Assembly (NCBI GenBank): GCA_973895155.1
Contig: OZ316891.1
Coordinates: 3,761,918-3,825,917 of the forward strand
Reading direction: 5' to 3'
Origin: Marsupella aquatica
Taxonomy: Eukaryota > Plantae > Marchantiophyta
DNA length: 64,000 nucleotides
Below, in pieces: positions 47,663 through 59,583 of this stretch. Position 1 is the first letter of the stretch; each line of letters begins with the position of its first letter. Both the position numbers and the translations under genes were made by a program. The notes beneath the pieces were generated by a model. The model saw only the letters and a program-made list of their open reading frames with translations. It did not search any database and had not been told where the DNA came from.

Positions 47663-49049
47663 TGAAATTTTGATTTCAGGCAATATTGATGAAGATTCGG
47701 ATCGCTTGTATACTTGAAGAGGGGCAAGAGGGTGCAAGAGAAGGAGAGCTCGAATTGGCAAATGGCATGCGGTGCAACAGAACGGTCACACTATCGTTGT
47801 CTTGGTCCTGGACCACACAAACAAATGTCAGGGAAGATAATTAAATTTCCGACACGACAGTTCGTCATCCACTGAAAGAACCAGTGAATTATATTTCTTT
47901 CATTACTGTAATGTCATACCAGGACCTAGTCAACAGGAGGAGTCATGATCACGAGAAGGGCAAATGTGATGGAAAGTATATCACGACATTGAAGGATGGT
48001 ACTTATTGTTGACTGCACAGGTTCGCAATTCTCCAGTACAGATCAAAGGCTACATGCATCATTGAAACTTTCTCATGGATGTTTCTCTATCTTCGGGGGC
48101 ATTGAATTTAGCATTGACTAGTTATTCACTCTAGCCATGTTTGGAGCTTGAATACACCCGTCTAACTAAAATCTCCAACTTAGGAACTTGCTTTACGTGG
48201 ATGATGATGCGAGAATAAGCTGGGCATACTATTGTGCCCGATTTCGATTTCAATTTTGTGTTGGAAAAGTCAAAGGTGATTTCTAGTCAGATCAAAGGTA
48301 TTCAAATGACTGACAAATTTTGGTCCATTTTGTGGAGACAAGTTAATGGGTAAGATATTCCTGTCTACAGAGAAAGCCTCAGTTATTATGCACCTCGGTT
48401 CTGTGAGGTGAACGCAGTATCAACTGATCTAGGTTTGCATATTCCCTATTCGGTCCTTTCCTGGAAGACTTTTACAGCAGAGCTAATCGATATGTATTTA
48501 CATAGGCCCAGGGAGTAAGATTCTAATATTGGACGAGTGAGCAGTTGAAACATGAAGCTCGCTTTAACTGTTTAAGTAATGTGACGGCTGTAATTTAGAG
48601 AACCACTTTTCTCGACTTCTTGTCAGCAGATTGTGATATTTGCTGTATAATGTTTCTGCGTTTGCGGTACAATACTAGATTCTAATATTTTTCACGTCTC
48701 GTGTCATCTGTGAGCCGACTTTGAGATATTCATTTGCAACTCAATTAGGACTGACTCTGGATGTCATCCGTTCTGCCAAAGATTTTGATGCTCACTGCAA
48801 GAAGAGGGGTATTAGGTTGTGTTGGTCAGAGGGATGAATTTAGGAATTAGTCCATCTCAAATCAGTCCACTTCAGAGGGATGAATTTATGATTATATCTT
48901 ACACTTTGAGGGAGTCCAGAAGTATCTATATCTACGAATGGACCACTAGATGGGAGTCAGCAACTGGGAGGAAATTTATTTCAGGTTTTGTTGTCAGGCG
49001 GATGAATCTAGGTAGTAGGAGTCAGTGCATCTCAGAGGGATGAATTTCT

Positions 49050-50100
49050 GTTTTTAGAGTACAATTTCATGGAGTCCAGAGGTACTAATGGACAAGCAAG
49101 GTGGGAGTCAGCACAGTGCAAGAGACCCCCAAAAAAATTAAAAATAAAATTGAAGTGATGAGGACAGGAAGGTTGGGCAGGAAGGCAAAGCACTTCTCTA
49201 ATACCATGAGTATATGATACAAATGGCTGTCCTGGTCCAACAAGTTGCTCACTGTCTTCAATATATAACATAATTTGTTGGTCTACTCTCTTCAATCTGT
49301 ACTATAATTCAAGACTGAAATTGCTCATGACTAACTCTGGAGTGAAGCCATAGACTTAGATTATGTTTGTGAGTCGGGAGGGGCATGAGAAGCCTAGGTA
49401 CAGGGAGGCCTTCATTGGTGTGTGCCAATGAACCCATCCATATACAGGGCTTCTTTTGATGGGTCGTTTTTGAAAAACACTTAAAATAGTTTGTGGTTGG
49501 CTGCAAAAACTCTCAAAAAGTTTTCTGCTGTTTTTGGACGTCTTTGGGACTTTGAGGAAACTATGCAAACTCACATATAAGCAGAGAAACCACAGCATAC
49601 AATGTATGCATTACCCCAATTGTGTTAATGAAAGCAGGCTGAACTTTTGCAAACGTTTGAAACTTTTCAAGGATCGATTTTAGTTGAAAACTATTTTGTG
49701 CTTCTTTTGAATTGGACTTCATGCCCCCTTTCTTGCCTCTTTGACCAGCTAGTGACTCTTCTTGAAAAATCAAGTATGAGTCATGCTTGGTAACTAAAGC
49801 TCCAATGGACCTCCACTTTGTCTATGGAGTCCAGATGGACTGGAAAAGTTTGGATGGATTTGCTCAGAACATTTTTAATTGACTTTGATAACATTGTTTA
49901 CATGTTTGACTGAAATATGACTTGTAAACAGTCTCATTACCATTTGCAGCCGGTTTTCATTACATTATCTAGCCAGATCCCTCTATAACTTGACAACTTG
50001 ACAAGCTTGAACCTGAAAGATGTCAAGATGTCAAGCCATTCCTCAGAATCACCATGATGTCTTCCTTGGGAAGGAAGTACTTCCTCCCCAAGAGAGTCAA
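49050..50100 (-). pseudogene. Decayed Ty1/copia reverse transcriptase remnant
   Basis: Fragments in the expected order: DSEEW, GCKW, AFIN (cf. AFLNG), KRSPVYG (cf. KSLYG) and MLYIED (cf. LYVDD). Many stops and frameshifts. Confidence 0.5.
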
Positions 50101-53100
50101 AGTAGTTGATTACAATCTGCAACTGGTTTTTTTGGTAAGGTTTTTTTGGTGTTCCTCCGGGCTCTTTGTTTCATCATGCTTGCTTAGCATAATTTAAGCA
50201 TAAATTTAATAAAAAAAAATGGTGTGCACAATATTTTCCAAAACTTACGGAGGGGCCATTGAGCTCACTATTAATTGGGATCAGACCAAAAGCAGTGGTC
50301 CTAAGGTACAGATCTTAACCTGCATAACTAATTGCGAATATAAGCTAGAGTTGGAGTCTAGATTTTAACCCTAACTCTATATAAAGACAAACTAATAAGG
50401 ACAAAGGCATAAAAAAAGCAGGGATTGGGGCAGGGGGAAGAACATATATTATTTTGTAATGATTGTTTCTGCCTTCCTCTATTTAAGTTCAAGGAATGGG
50501 TCATCAGGATAGTTCACACTAAAGCATTTGTTCATTAAAAAGGAAAGAATTTGCTTAAGAACAACTATAGTAGCTTTTAGAAGGGGAAACCATGAGCAAG
50601 CCGCACAATGAGCTTGCAGGTACGGGGAAAACCTGGTTTTATGATCTTGTATTTTCCGTATAATTCCCAACAGTACTACAAGCAGGTGAGGTTACAGCAG
50701 TTGATGATTGCAAATCAAGGTGGGACCATGAACCCCAGCAAAGACGGCTTGAAGGCATTTGAAAACAAGCTACTGTAACTTCTGGAGGTGATCCAAAATG
50801 AAGCGCAATGACGTGACAAAAGGGTCGATAGGAGCACACAAAAAGCCATTCAGGATGGTTTCTTCCCCACTCAAAAACCCTACTCGTGTACTCATGGCAC
50901 GTGTAGTGAGGCTGTTCTCTGGAAAAATACTAAATATTGGACCGTCCCACAAATCAGAATAGCACATTCTGCACTGGAGGCCCCAATGATTTGAAGATGC
51001 ATCTCCCAAAGAAATGCTCAAAGTGCCCTAAAGGGCGAAACCAAGAAGCATCTCACATGTTCCTTTCTTGGGATATATACAGGGAGTCTCAAACTTTCAT
51101 AGGTTTCTTGTGATGTAAATAGGGAGTTCCGAAGCTTCATAGGTAAGCATGATGGTTTTTGGCCATAAGCATATGGCCATAGCTTTCTCAGAGGGTATTC
51201 TAACAATATTATTATTATTATTTTTATTTTCCACTAGCCTCTAATGTGACTTGTTCTCATGGCATATGATAAATCTTGATGGCAAAAAATTATGGATCAT
51301 GAACTTGGTAATACACAATTTTTTCTGTCCATAACCTTAACTACTAATAGTAGTTAAAGTCCATCAATTTATAAGGTTTGAGACCCCCTAATCAAAACTT
51401 ACATAAGTTCTTTCCAACCTCTAGCATCAAGGGTGAGTGGTCAGTAGTACTGCTTGATAGTGAAGCTAAAACTAGTAATTTTCTCCTGGCACTTTGCACG
51501 TGGTTGAGATTGTAGGTGAAACTCATGTTTGGGCTGCTGGTGAGGTTACTAAGCATATCTCATCTCTAGTTTTGTGAGGGACTCAGCATCAGCGTGTGAG
51601 GGCTACAGAAGTGGATGATTAAGCTTCTCGCTGAGTGAGGAGCTTGTCACCCTAAACCCTAAACTTCATGGGGGGGGGGGGGGGGGGGGGGGGGCGAGGG
51701 CAGGTTTGTGAGGGGACAGAAGTGGATGATTAAGGTTCTTGCTAAGGGCCATGTTGAGCACAGCATCCATCTCCCCGTCAGTTTATAGTGGATTTTTATT
51801 TTTGGAGGAGACTTAACTCATCAATAGGGCATCTCACACTTTGAAATTTGAGGAAAAAAACTTGGCCCTAACTTACCAGTTTGGATCACGGGTCAGGAGT
51901 GTAACTTTAAACTTCGAGGAAAAAAACTTGGACGGAAGCTACCAGGTCAGGAGTGTGCGTACACTCTTTTTTGTGTCTGCCACTTAGTTTGCCTTGACCC
52001 CAACCAGAGGAAGAAATGAGAGATTTGATAAACCCTTATGGACCCCTAAAAGTGGTTTCTCAGTACTGTTTGCCGGAAAATCCTAGTGATGCAAAAACCA
52101 AAGGTGATCATTTAAAGGATTCCAATTTATTAGAATATCACGAGAACGAAAATTGACTGAGTAGAGATTGAAGAGAACCAACCTTCATTGGTTTGCAGCG
52201 AACCTCATTTTGAATTGTCTTTTGAACACATCTAGGCTCTACGATACTCAATTACTTTCAATATGCAGATCGAAAAGTTCATCGACCAAATTTTTTGACA
52301 ATCTTGGCCTAGATCTTGACGTGAGTGGTGAATGTGATCAAGTGCATGTCTACACATTAGGCAGAGTCTCTTGGGTTTCGTGTCTTGGTGAACGACTCAA
52401 ATGGAATTCGTCTGATGACATGGTGGGGGTCTGTGAATTGTGCAATCAGTACAGACTGCACATCGAGTAAAGCCTGATGACATGGTGCAGGCTGTGAATG
52501 CAATGAGTGTAGACTGCAATTTGGTCGACAATTTTAGTGAAATCGATGGGAATCCAGATGACATGGTGGAGAATGTGAATGCAATGAGTACAGACTGGAG
52601 TTCGGTTGATAAGCTTAATGACATTGATGGGGAAACGTGACCCCGAGATCTTGAAGCGCAAACCACCTCAAAGACTGTCGAGTGTACTGTACAGCCGATG
52701 GGTGTTTGTGAATAATGCAGTTTTGTACAGTCCTCCCTTAAAGTCCACTGTATTGAAGAACGTCACATTGCAGTTCCATCACGCTAGCTTCTTTCAGAAG
52801 AAAATTTGAATCCCCGTCCTCTTCGCATGGCCACGAGCAAAGCATTTCCTAAATTCCTGGCCACATGAATTTAGACGACTTTTCATGTTCAGCAGTCTTC
52901 AGTTTTCAACGGCGAAATCTATTTCAGAAATTTGTGTCCCGAGACAAAGATTTAAATATATAAACGTTAACGAAAGAGGATTTGCAAGGGTCGGGGAAAG
53001 TCTCGCAGCAAAAGTCGCTCTGAACAATGATTGTGGTGCAAGCGAAGCCATCTGAACTCTATCAGGGGCTTCCAGCAATTACCGTACAACTTGAAGGACA

Positions 53101-56100
53101 GTGCAATTGACCCATTCCACTGAAAAACCGGGTGATAGGGCATACAATCGATGCCACAAATGCAAATTGATTGAAGAGCAAAAATCTAGAATAGAACATC
53201 CATTTCCTTAGAAACATTTAAGGTTATAGCAAACGATGTCGGATCACCCCAGCTTCGGCGCGAGGGAGTGATGAAGCATATCGTTCCTCGAGGATTAGAG
53301 CGACTCCATCGATTAGTGCATAGCTTGTCATCTACAAATTAAGGGCCTCAGGGTAGCGTTAGACGAGAAAGCTATGTCTACGATGAAACAAATCAAAGGT
53401 CCTGAGGCTTACTATTGTGATCCTACAGATACGCGGATATGTCGGGCTTGCTGACCACCAATCATTCTCATTCAGTAGACACAGATTTGGTTAGTCATGA
53501 AAGTGCTTGATATGAAAGGATCAGAATACCTAGAGATCTAGCTCGGCTGCTCATGAGTAAAATAAGATGAGTCTTAGCTCTGATTGGTGGATGACAGGGG
53601 TTATCTTTCTAGTGAATAGCATAGACGAATAAGTAACTACGTAGACTTTGCAGACAAGCGACACTTCATGCATTTTGAAGGGACACCCCAAAAGACACCT
53701 CAAGAGACGCATAAACGTTAGCATCCAATTGTTAGGAAGGGAACGTCTCACGCCAAATTATCAGATCATCCGAGAGAACCTGAGCGTAGGGAGAGGATCT
53801 ATTCCCCGACATGGCCGTTTCCAGCAAAAGACATCGATTGAAGGACAACGCGTGAGGAAAGGCAACAAACTGATGTAACTGTACGTACAACGAAGGTAAA
53901 AATTTGACAAAATTTCTGTGTGGAAGAAACTCGCAAACATATTTTGAGCCTCATGTGCTGTTGAAGATTACTATGGATGTGAAGGCTTTGAGAAATCATG
54001 TTCCACTAGCCAGGATCGGCGATGGATGGAGTTCAAGCAGTCTTTCAAAAGGCGAAGTCTACAATGAGAAAAAATGCGAAGGAAGCTGAAGCTTTATCAT
54101 TTGAGATTTGTTTACTTGGGCATAGCAAATTAATGTTGTCGGACCCTTTTGCAACGAAGATGAAACAGAGGGATACTCATTATGCAACCGGACTGGGGCG
54201 ATCCCTAGAGTAGAGGATCGAGCAATGTTCCACTGGGCACAATAATGGCAGGGATAGCAAAAGTCTTTCTGACTTTGAACGAGCGTCTGGAACGACTTGT
54301 TACTCGTGTTGATCAGTTGCACCATGCTCGCGGGCAATCGACTGAGGTTACAGGGCTGGTGAGGCGAATTGATTTGATGGAGGAACAGCAGAGGAAGCTT
54401 CAAGATGCAGTTGACAAACTAGTCATCATTTGCGAGGGAATGGAAAAGATCTGTGAAGGGATGAAGCGAATTCTGAGTGAAAATAAGCCAAAGCGGGTTC
54501 GACCATCGATAATAAGGGGATGAACCCTATCTCACTTCCCAAACTAAGCCTTTGCTTGTATACTAGAGACCACCTGCTAGAGGCCAAAAGTCCACTGTCT
54601 AGCACTGTGTTTGGTTCGATGAAAAGCAACAGATTAACTGTTAGTAGCATTCTATTGAAGAAACTCCACACAAGGCGACAGATAGTGAAGTAGTTGAGCG
54701 TGCATATGTGCACGATTTTTGTTTCTAGAGCTGCTTACATAGTCACGTACTTGGCATTCAATGTTGTCCGAGACCTTCTCGAGGACCGCTTGGAAGCTGA
54801 GACCTTCTCTCTGCGCAAATTCACAATTTTTCCCTCTGCGCAGACTCCGTTTTTGTTGGCATGCAAAAAATTGGACACCTACTCTTGAATGGAATGATTT
54901 CTGTAGCAAGTGCCTTATGAATAAAGGATGACTCACAATCGATTGAGCTCAGTAAGGCATATGAAAGACCGGTTTAAATTTGCATTCCGACAATGATTGC
55001 TATTGCGATATCGGTGGCAGCAGGACATTTTGTTTGTAGGCTCCATTGAATCTGCATGCCATTAATCAGTTCTAAATATGTCGGAAGGTTTCAGACTTCG
55101 TTCTTAAACCATGACTTCGTATACGCATGAGAAAAGTTCTGGCAGCAAACCGTTTTGAACAACAGACACACCAGAACCAGACACTTCTTCGTACTTAAGG
55201 GATGAGGAAGTCCTCTTGATAGAATAATTTTACACGGCTCTAATGTCGGATTTCAGATTGCTCTCAAATCATTTTGCTCGAGCAGCTTCCCATAGCCAGG
55301 AATTGAGAAGCTATAGCTATGAAACAGTCGAAGAGAACGGAAGAACATGAACCAACGGATCGAATAGAGTAACTACTGAACCCAGACGACGACCAATTTC
55401 GAGCATGAGAAGTTGCCGTTTAGAAGTTTCATGTTGCATCACCGTGATTCCTCTCATTCCATATCCTTGAGATGGTAAATCACATTTCTCCACAAAGTTC
55501 CACAACTGCTTCGTTTCTGTGAGCAATTATCCTCAAGAGCTAAGCCGCGACTGAATTCAGACGTGTGACAATTATTGCATATTCCGACATTCATGTGTTC
55601 TTAGTGAACAATAATTATCGATGCACCGTCGTACCAGAATTAAGATGACCGCCGTGGCTTTAGGCAATTTTAGGTGGTGCTGAATGATTGGTGATCTTGG
55701 CGGTTGATTGTTGTTAAAGTTGCCACCGGACTACCGTAGGGACGTTAGCCCAAAACATATTTCAATATTCAAAGTCTCATAGCTTGTAAAACTTTTAGGC
55801 GGTCTTTGTGACGATGGGATGTACATTCTGAGAAATTTTGATGGTAAACACTGATGGATAAATTCATCAGTTTCAAAATGTGAAAATAAAATTTGGAATT
55901 ATTTTTGGGATTTCAGTTTCATTTGAAAGGTAGAATTATTAAGTTCCTAAGCAGGGTATAAGCAAACCTGGTCATTCCTACGCCACGGTACAATCTCTAG
56001 AAGTGGACTCCAAACATTTATCTTTTCTCCTAGAAATATGCTTTGGTGGGGCTCTAAACATTTCTCTTAAATGACTTCTTCATGTAAAGAAACCACACAC

Positions 56101-56189
56101 ATCTCTTTTCTTCTAGAAATATGCTTTGTGGGACTTTACACTACTTTTTTAAAGCGCCATTGTCCATGACAAAACTTGGATATATCAGG

Positions 56190-56477
56190 TTTCACCATTT
56201 GTAGTACATTTTTTTTCTGAAATTGTGGAGCAAACTATCAGCCTAGAGAATAGGAATATGAAAAAGAGAGAAGTCTTAGACACTTCTCCTTTTATATGGC
56301 CAATGGTATCTATTTTCCTAGGGAGGGGACAGTCACCATTTGTAGTACATTTTTTTCTTCTGAAATTGTGGAACAAAGTATCATCCTAGAGGAGAAGAAT
56401 ATGAAAACGAGAGAAGTCTTAGACACTTCTCCCTTGATATGGCCAATGGTCTCTATTTTCCTAGGGAGGGGACAGTC
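56190..56477. repeat. ~140-bp direct tandem duplication
   Basis: 'tcaccatttgtagtacattttttt...gagaagtcttagacacttctcc...atatggccaatggt.tctattttc.ctagggaggggacagtc' occurs twice. Confidence 0.88.
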
Positions 56478-58414
56478 CAAACGTCATAAAATAATGACAT
56501 TCTAGGGTCTCATCTCGCCCCATAGTAATGGTGGGATGGCAAGTCCCCCTATGCTTGACTTTTACAATTTTCAAAAGGGTCCCGTCAAGTAAATGTTCTC
56601 ATTCTGGGTTCCATCAAGCATATGAACTGGGGAAATGTTTCATTGCTGAGTCCCACAGAGAGCATACTAACCAAGTATATACTTTATTAAAGTCCATGTG
56701 CTTGAAATTGTATCACCCCATGCCTGTGACAACCACTCCTAGAGGTTAACAGTGCACACAAGAGGAGTTGTTTTCAAAGCCAACAAGCAATCTGTGCTAT
56801 AATTCGCAAGTGAAATCTACCGTTCATCAATAGAGTGAAGTCATAATTTTCTGGTAACAGATTTATTTATTTTGATATTTAGATGATGCTTTTGAGTGGG
56901 CACGACCATGGGGAGTCTGAGTACAGGGAGCCTTGCCTGTGGATCCGCATGCCTGTGGATCCGCATGGCTATTTGAGCTAGTACCAAATAATTGTAAAGG
57001 ATGGTTCACAAGGAGAGAATGCATGAATTCATCTTGCAACCTCTGGGTGTTAGCTGGCCAGTAGCAAAGCATATGTGTCGAGGGATTTGTGGTTTATCAT
57101 CCTGAGTTTATTATACCAGATAATGTGGTGGGAATAATGAGTTTACACAAGAAAACGGGAGTCAGACTACATTGTCCACGCAACCCCTCGAAGAGATTTC
57201 AGAAGTGGCCCATCAAGACACTCAAAAGTTTGTGTATGTGGGCCTCCACTGTCGAAGGAACCTTTCACGAGATTTTCATAAGTGGCCCCCTCAAAATCAA
57301 CACGTTCCTGTATAAGGTCAGGGTAAACTGTAATACTCATTTCATATACACTGTAATTATTGCATATAGACGACACAGCCCACTATATTTTGGGGGCTTT
57401 GGGGTACCATTGTGAGCTCATTTGATCACCATAGGCGACAAAGAACTTCCTCTAAAACTGTTGTGAAGGAAATCATAAAAATGTTCTTAGAGTAGGAGGG
57501 TCAGCCTGCAGGGCAGGCCTGTAGTTCACCTAGGCAAATGAACAGTGGCCCGTAATTAGGGGCAGGCCCACATTTGTAGGCATCTGTGGTTTAGTTCTAG
57601 AGAGGAGGATGGGGGACTATACCCATAATAAGGTGTGGGAAGCATTGGATAACCTCAACCAAATCACGGGCCAGAACATCTACAAGGGGTGCAATGAGAG
57701 TAAGTCTGACCGCAATTTAAATCATTAGTTGAGTTCCATCAGGCCCTTGCTTGCCATTTGGCTTCATCCTTTGCAAATAAACTATGCGGGAGAGGAGAAA
57801 GTTTGTGTTTCACCCACCATCCATGTAACGGATCAAGAGATTTTCTAAATATGGTCCCATCAAGGTGACCTTTGGGCTGATTCAAGATGAGCTGTGATTA
57901 TTACTCACAACCCACAAGAACAATACTACTGCCATTGTATTTTTGGTGTAAAAAGCTGTTTGAACCGTCCCTACTTTTGGACAGGATTTGTGTCAAAAGA
58001 AATTGTGTCTATTCATTAAAAATGTATTTTATTTTCTCCATTTTTATACCTTTAAATGTTCACTTTTTGATCTCTAAATATCCATTCTTTAATACTAAAT
58101 TGTACACCTAAATGGTCAATTGTAAACTTGAGGGTGTAAAAAATATCTTTACTAGAAGGAAACTAGTCGTAATTCATTTACAAAGGATGAATCTGGTGAT
58201 ATGTGTAATGACCATGAAGTTAGTTTCTTGCCAAGATTTACACTTTTTGAAAGCTATGTTTGAACCCCGCTCTTGGGTAGGGTTTGTGTCGAAAGAAATA
58301 CATGTAGTTGAGCAAGAGTGAACCTTTTGCTCCTCACTCAACTGGTTTGCCATAGACCCATCACCTGAGTGGTCTACATCCCGGTTTGCTTGTGGAGCAC
58401 ATTAATATTATATA

Positions 58415-58745
58415 ATTTTTTTTTGCCTTGAAAACCTAAAGCAGGCCCATCCAACAGAGGATAGATGTACTACTTTGGAGCATGCATTTCTATGTAGGGC
58501 AACCACCAGGGGACAATACCCAAGGGGACAATATCCAAGGATCTGACAGGGCCAGGACCAGGAGGGAAAGAGGATTAAACCAGAACCTAAAGTGGGCAAC
58601 CAGGGTTGAGGAGATAATCAATACTCCCACCACTACACCCCACCCCCCCCCCCCCACCCACACACACACATACCCTCCACATCCCTTATGTGTGGAGGGA
58701 GGATTGAACCTGGGACCTCTCGGTTCTAGGCTCATCCTCCGACCA
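58415..58745 (-). mobile_element. Putative tRNA-derived SINE, copy 2
   Basis: Homologous to 5602-5885. The minus-strand head contains the B-box-like GGTTCAATCC in 'agaggtcccaggttcaatcc'. 3' A-tail present. Confidence 0.55.
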
Positions 58746-59220
58746 ATTTTTTGTCAGGGTGATGACCCCCTTATTTGCAGCCCCTAGTCCCTGGGATGTG
58801 CTAAGTAAATCTGCCCCAATCAAGCAAATCTTGACAAGAATAACACTGAGCCTTGTAACATACATACAATAGTCTTGTGGAAAACCTGTATAACTGCAAT
58901 TCACCATCTTCTTCATTTTTCTACAGAGAGTTGAAACTGTTTTGCACCTGTTTGAAGTACAAACAGACCTGAAGTTTTTCCTCTGAAGGATAACTTTATA
59001 AGTGCAAATATTTGATAAGTGTACATGAACACTTATCAGTAAATACCCGAGTAAATACACAATGTTCCCCATTTTACTTTTCGATAAGTGGATGTCATAC
59101 TCTTGATGGGTAGGGGATCTAATTTAGGGCAAGGCTATACAACTTCGAGTAGTAGTTACGAGACGAGACTGTTGAGCAACATAGGATTGCATATTTGACA
59201 AAATGGATGTAAACCATCTA

Positions 59221-59583
59221 CACTGTTCACTGTAATTAGTGTTAGTACAAAATTAGTGTTACTAACACTAATTTTGGTAAAAAAATTTTGAGTTCAAGTA
59301 ACACTAATTTTTGTCGGTTTTCAAAACAATTTTTTTATAGTTTAGTTTAAATTGCTTGTAAAAAATGGATGATGTCTAGTCCAAAGTAACACTAATTGTT
59401 GTGGATTTCTTAAAATAGTTTTTTTCTTTGTTATTTGCCACTTTTAAGACCATAATAACACTAATTCATGTGCGCGAAAATAGTGTTAGTACAAAATTAG
59501 TGTGACTAACACTAATTCACGAGTAGACCCTAAAATGGGCGCTCTCGAATTAGTGTTAGTCACAGTAATTACGGTGAACAATG
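59221..59583. mobile_element. TA-flanked MITE (Tc1/mariner-like), 363 bp
   Basis: TIR CA(C/T)TGTTCAC(T/C)GTAATTA. TA at 59219-59220 and 59584-59585. ATTAGTGT/ACACTAAT subterminal repeats as in 14669-16174. Confidence 0.85.

Noticed and set aside
50770-51206. Possible L1 zf-RVT remnant (similar hints at 61430-62050)
   Set aside because: Too degenerate to support by eye.
51649-51694. CCCTAAACCCTAAA followed by a long G run
   Set aside because: Only two telomere units. The homopolymer may be a simple repeat or an assembly artefact.
57600-57730. DNL...CNESKSD looks like an HNH endonuclease tail
   Set aside because: No DH..P motif, wrong spacing, and no supporting ORF.
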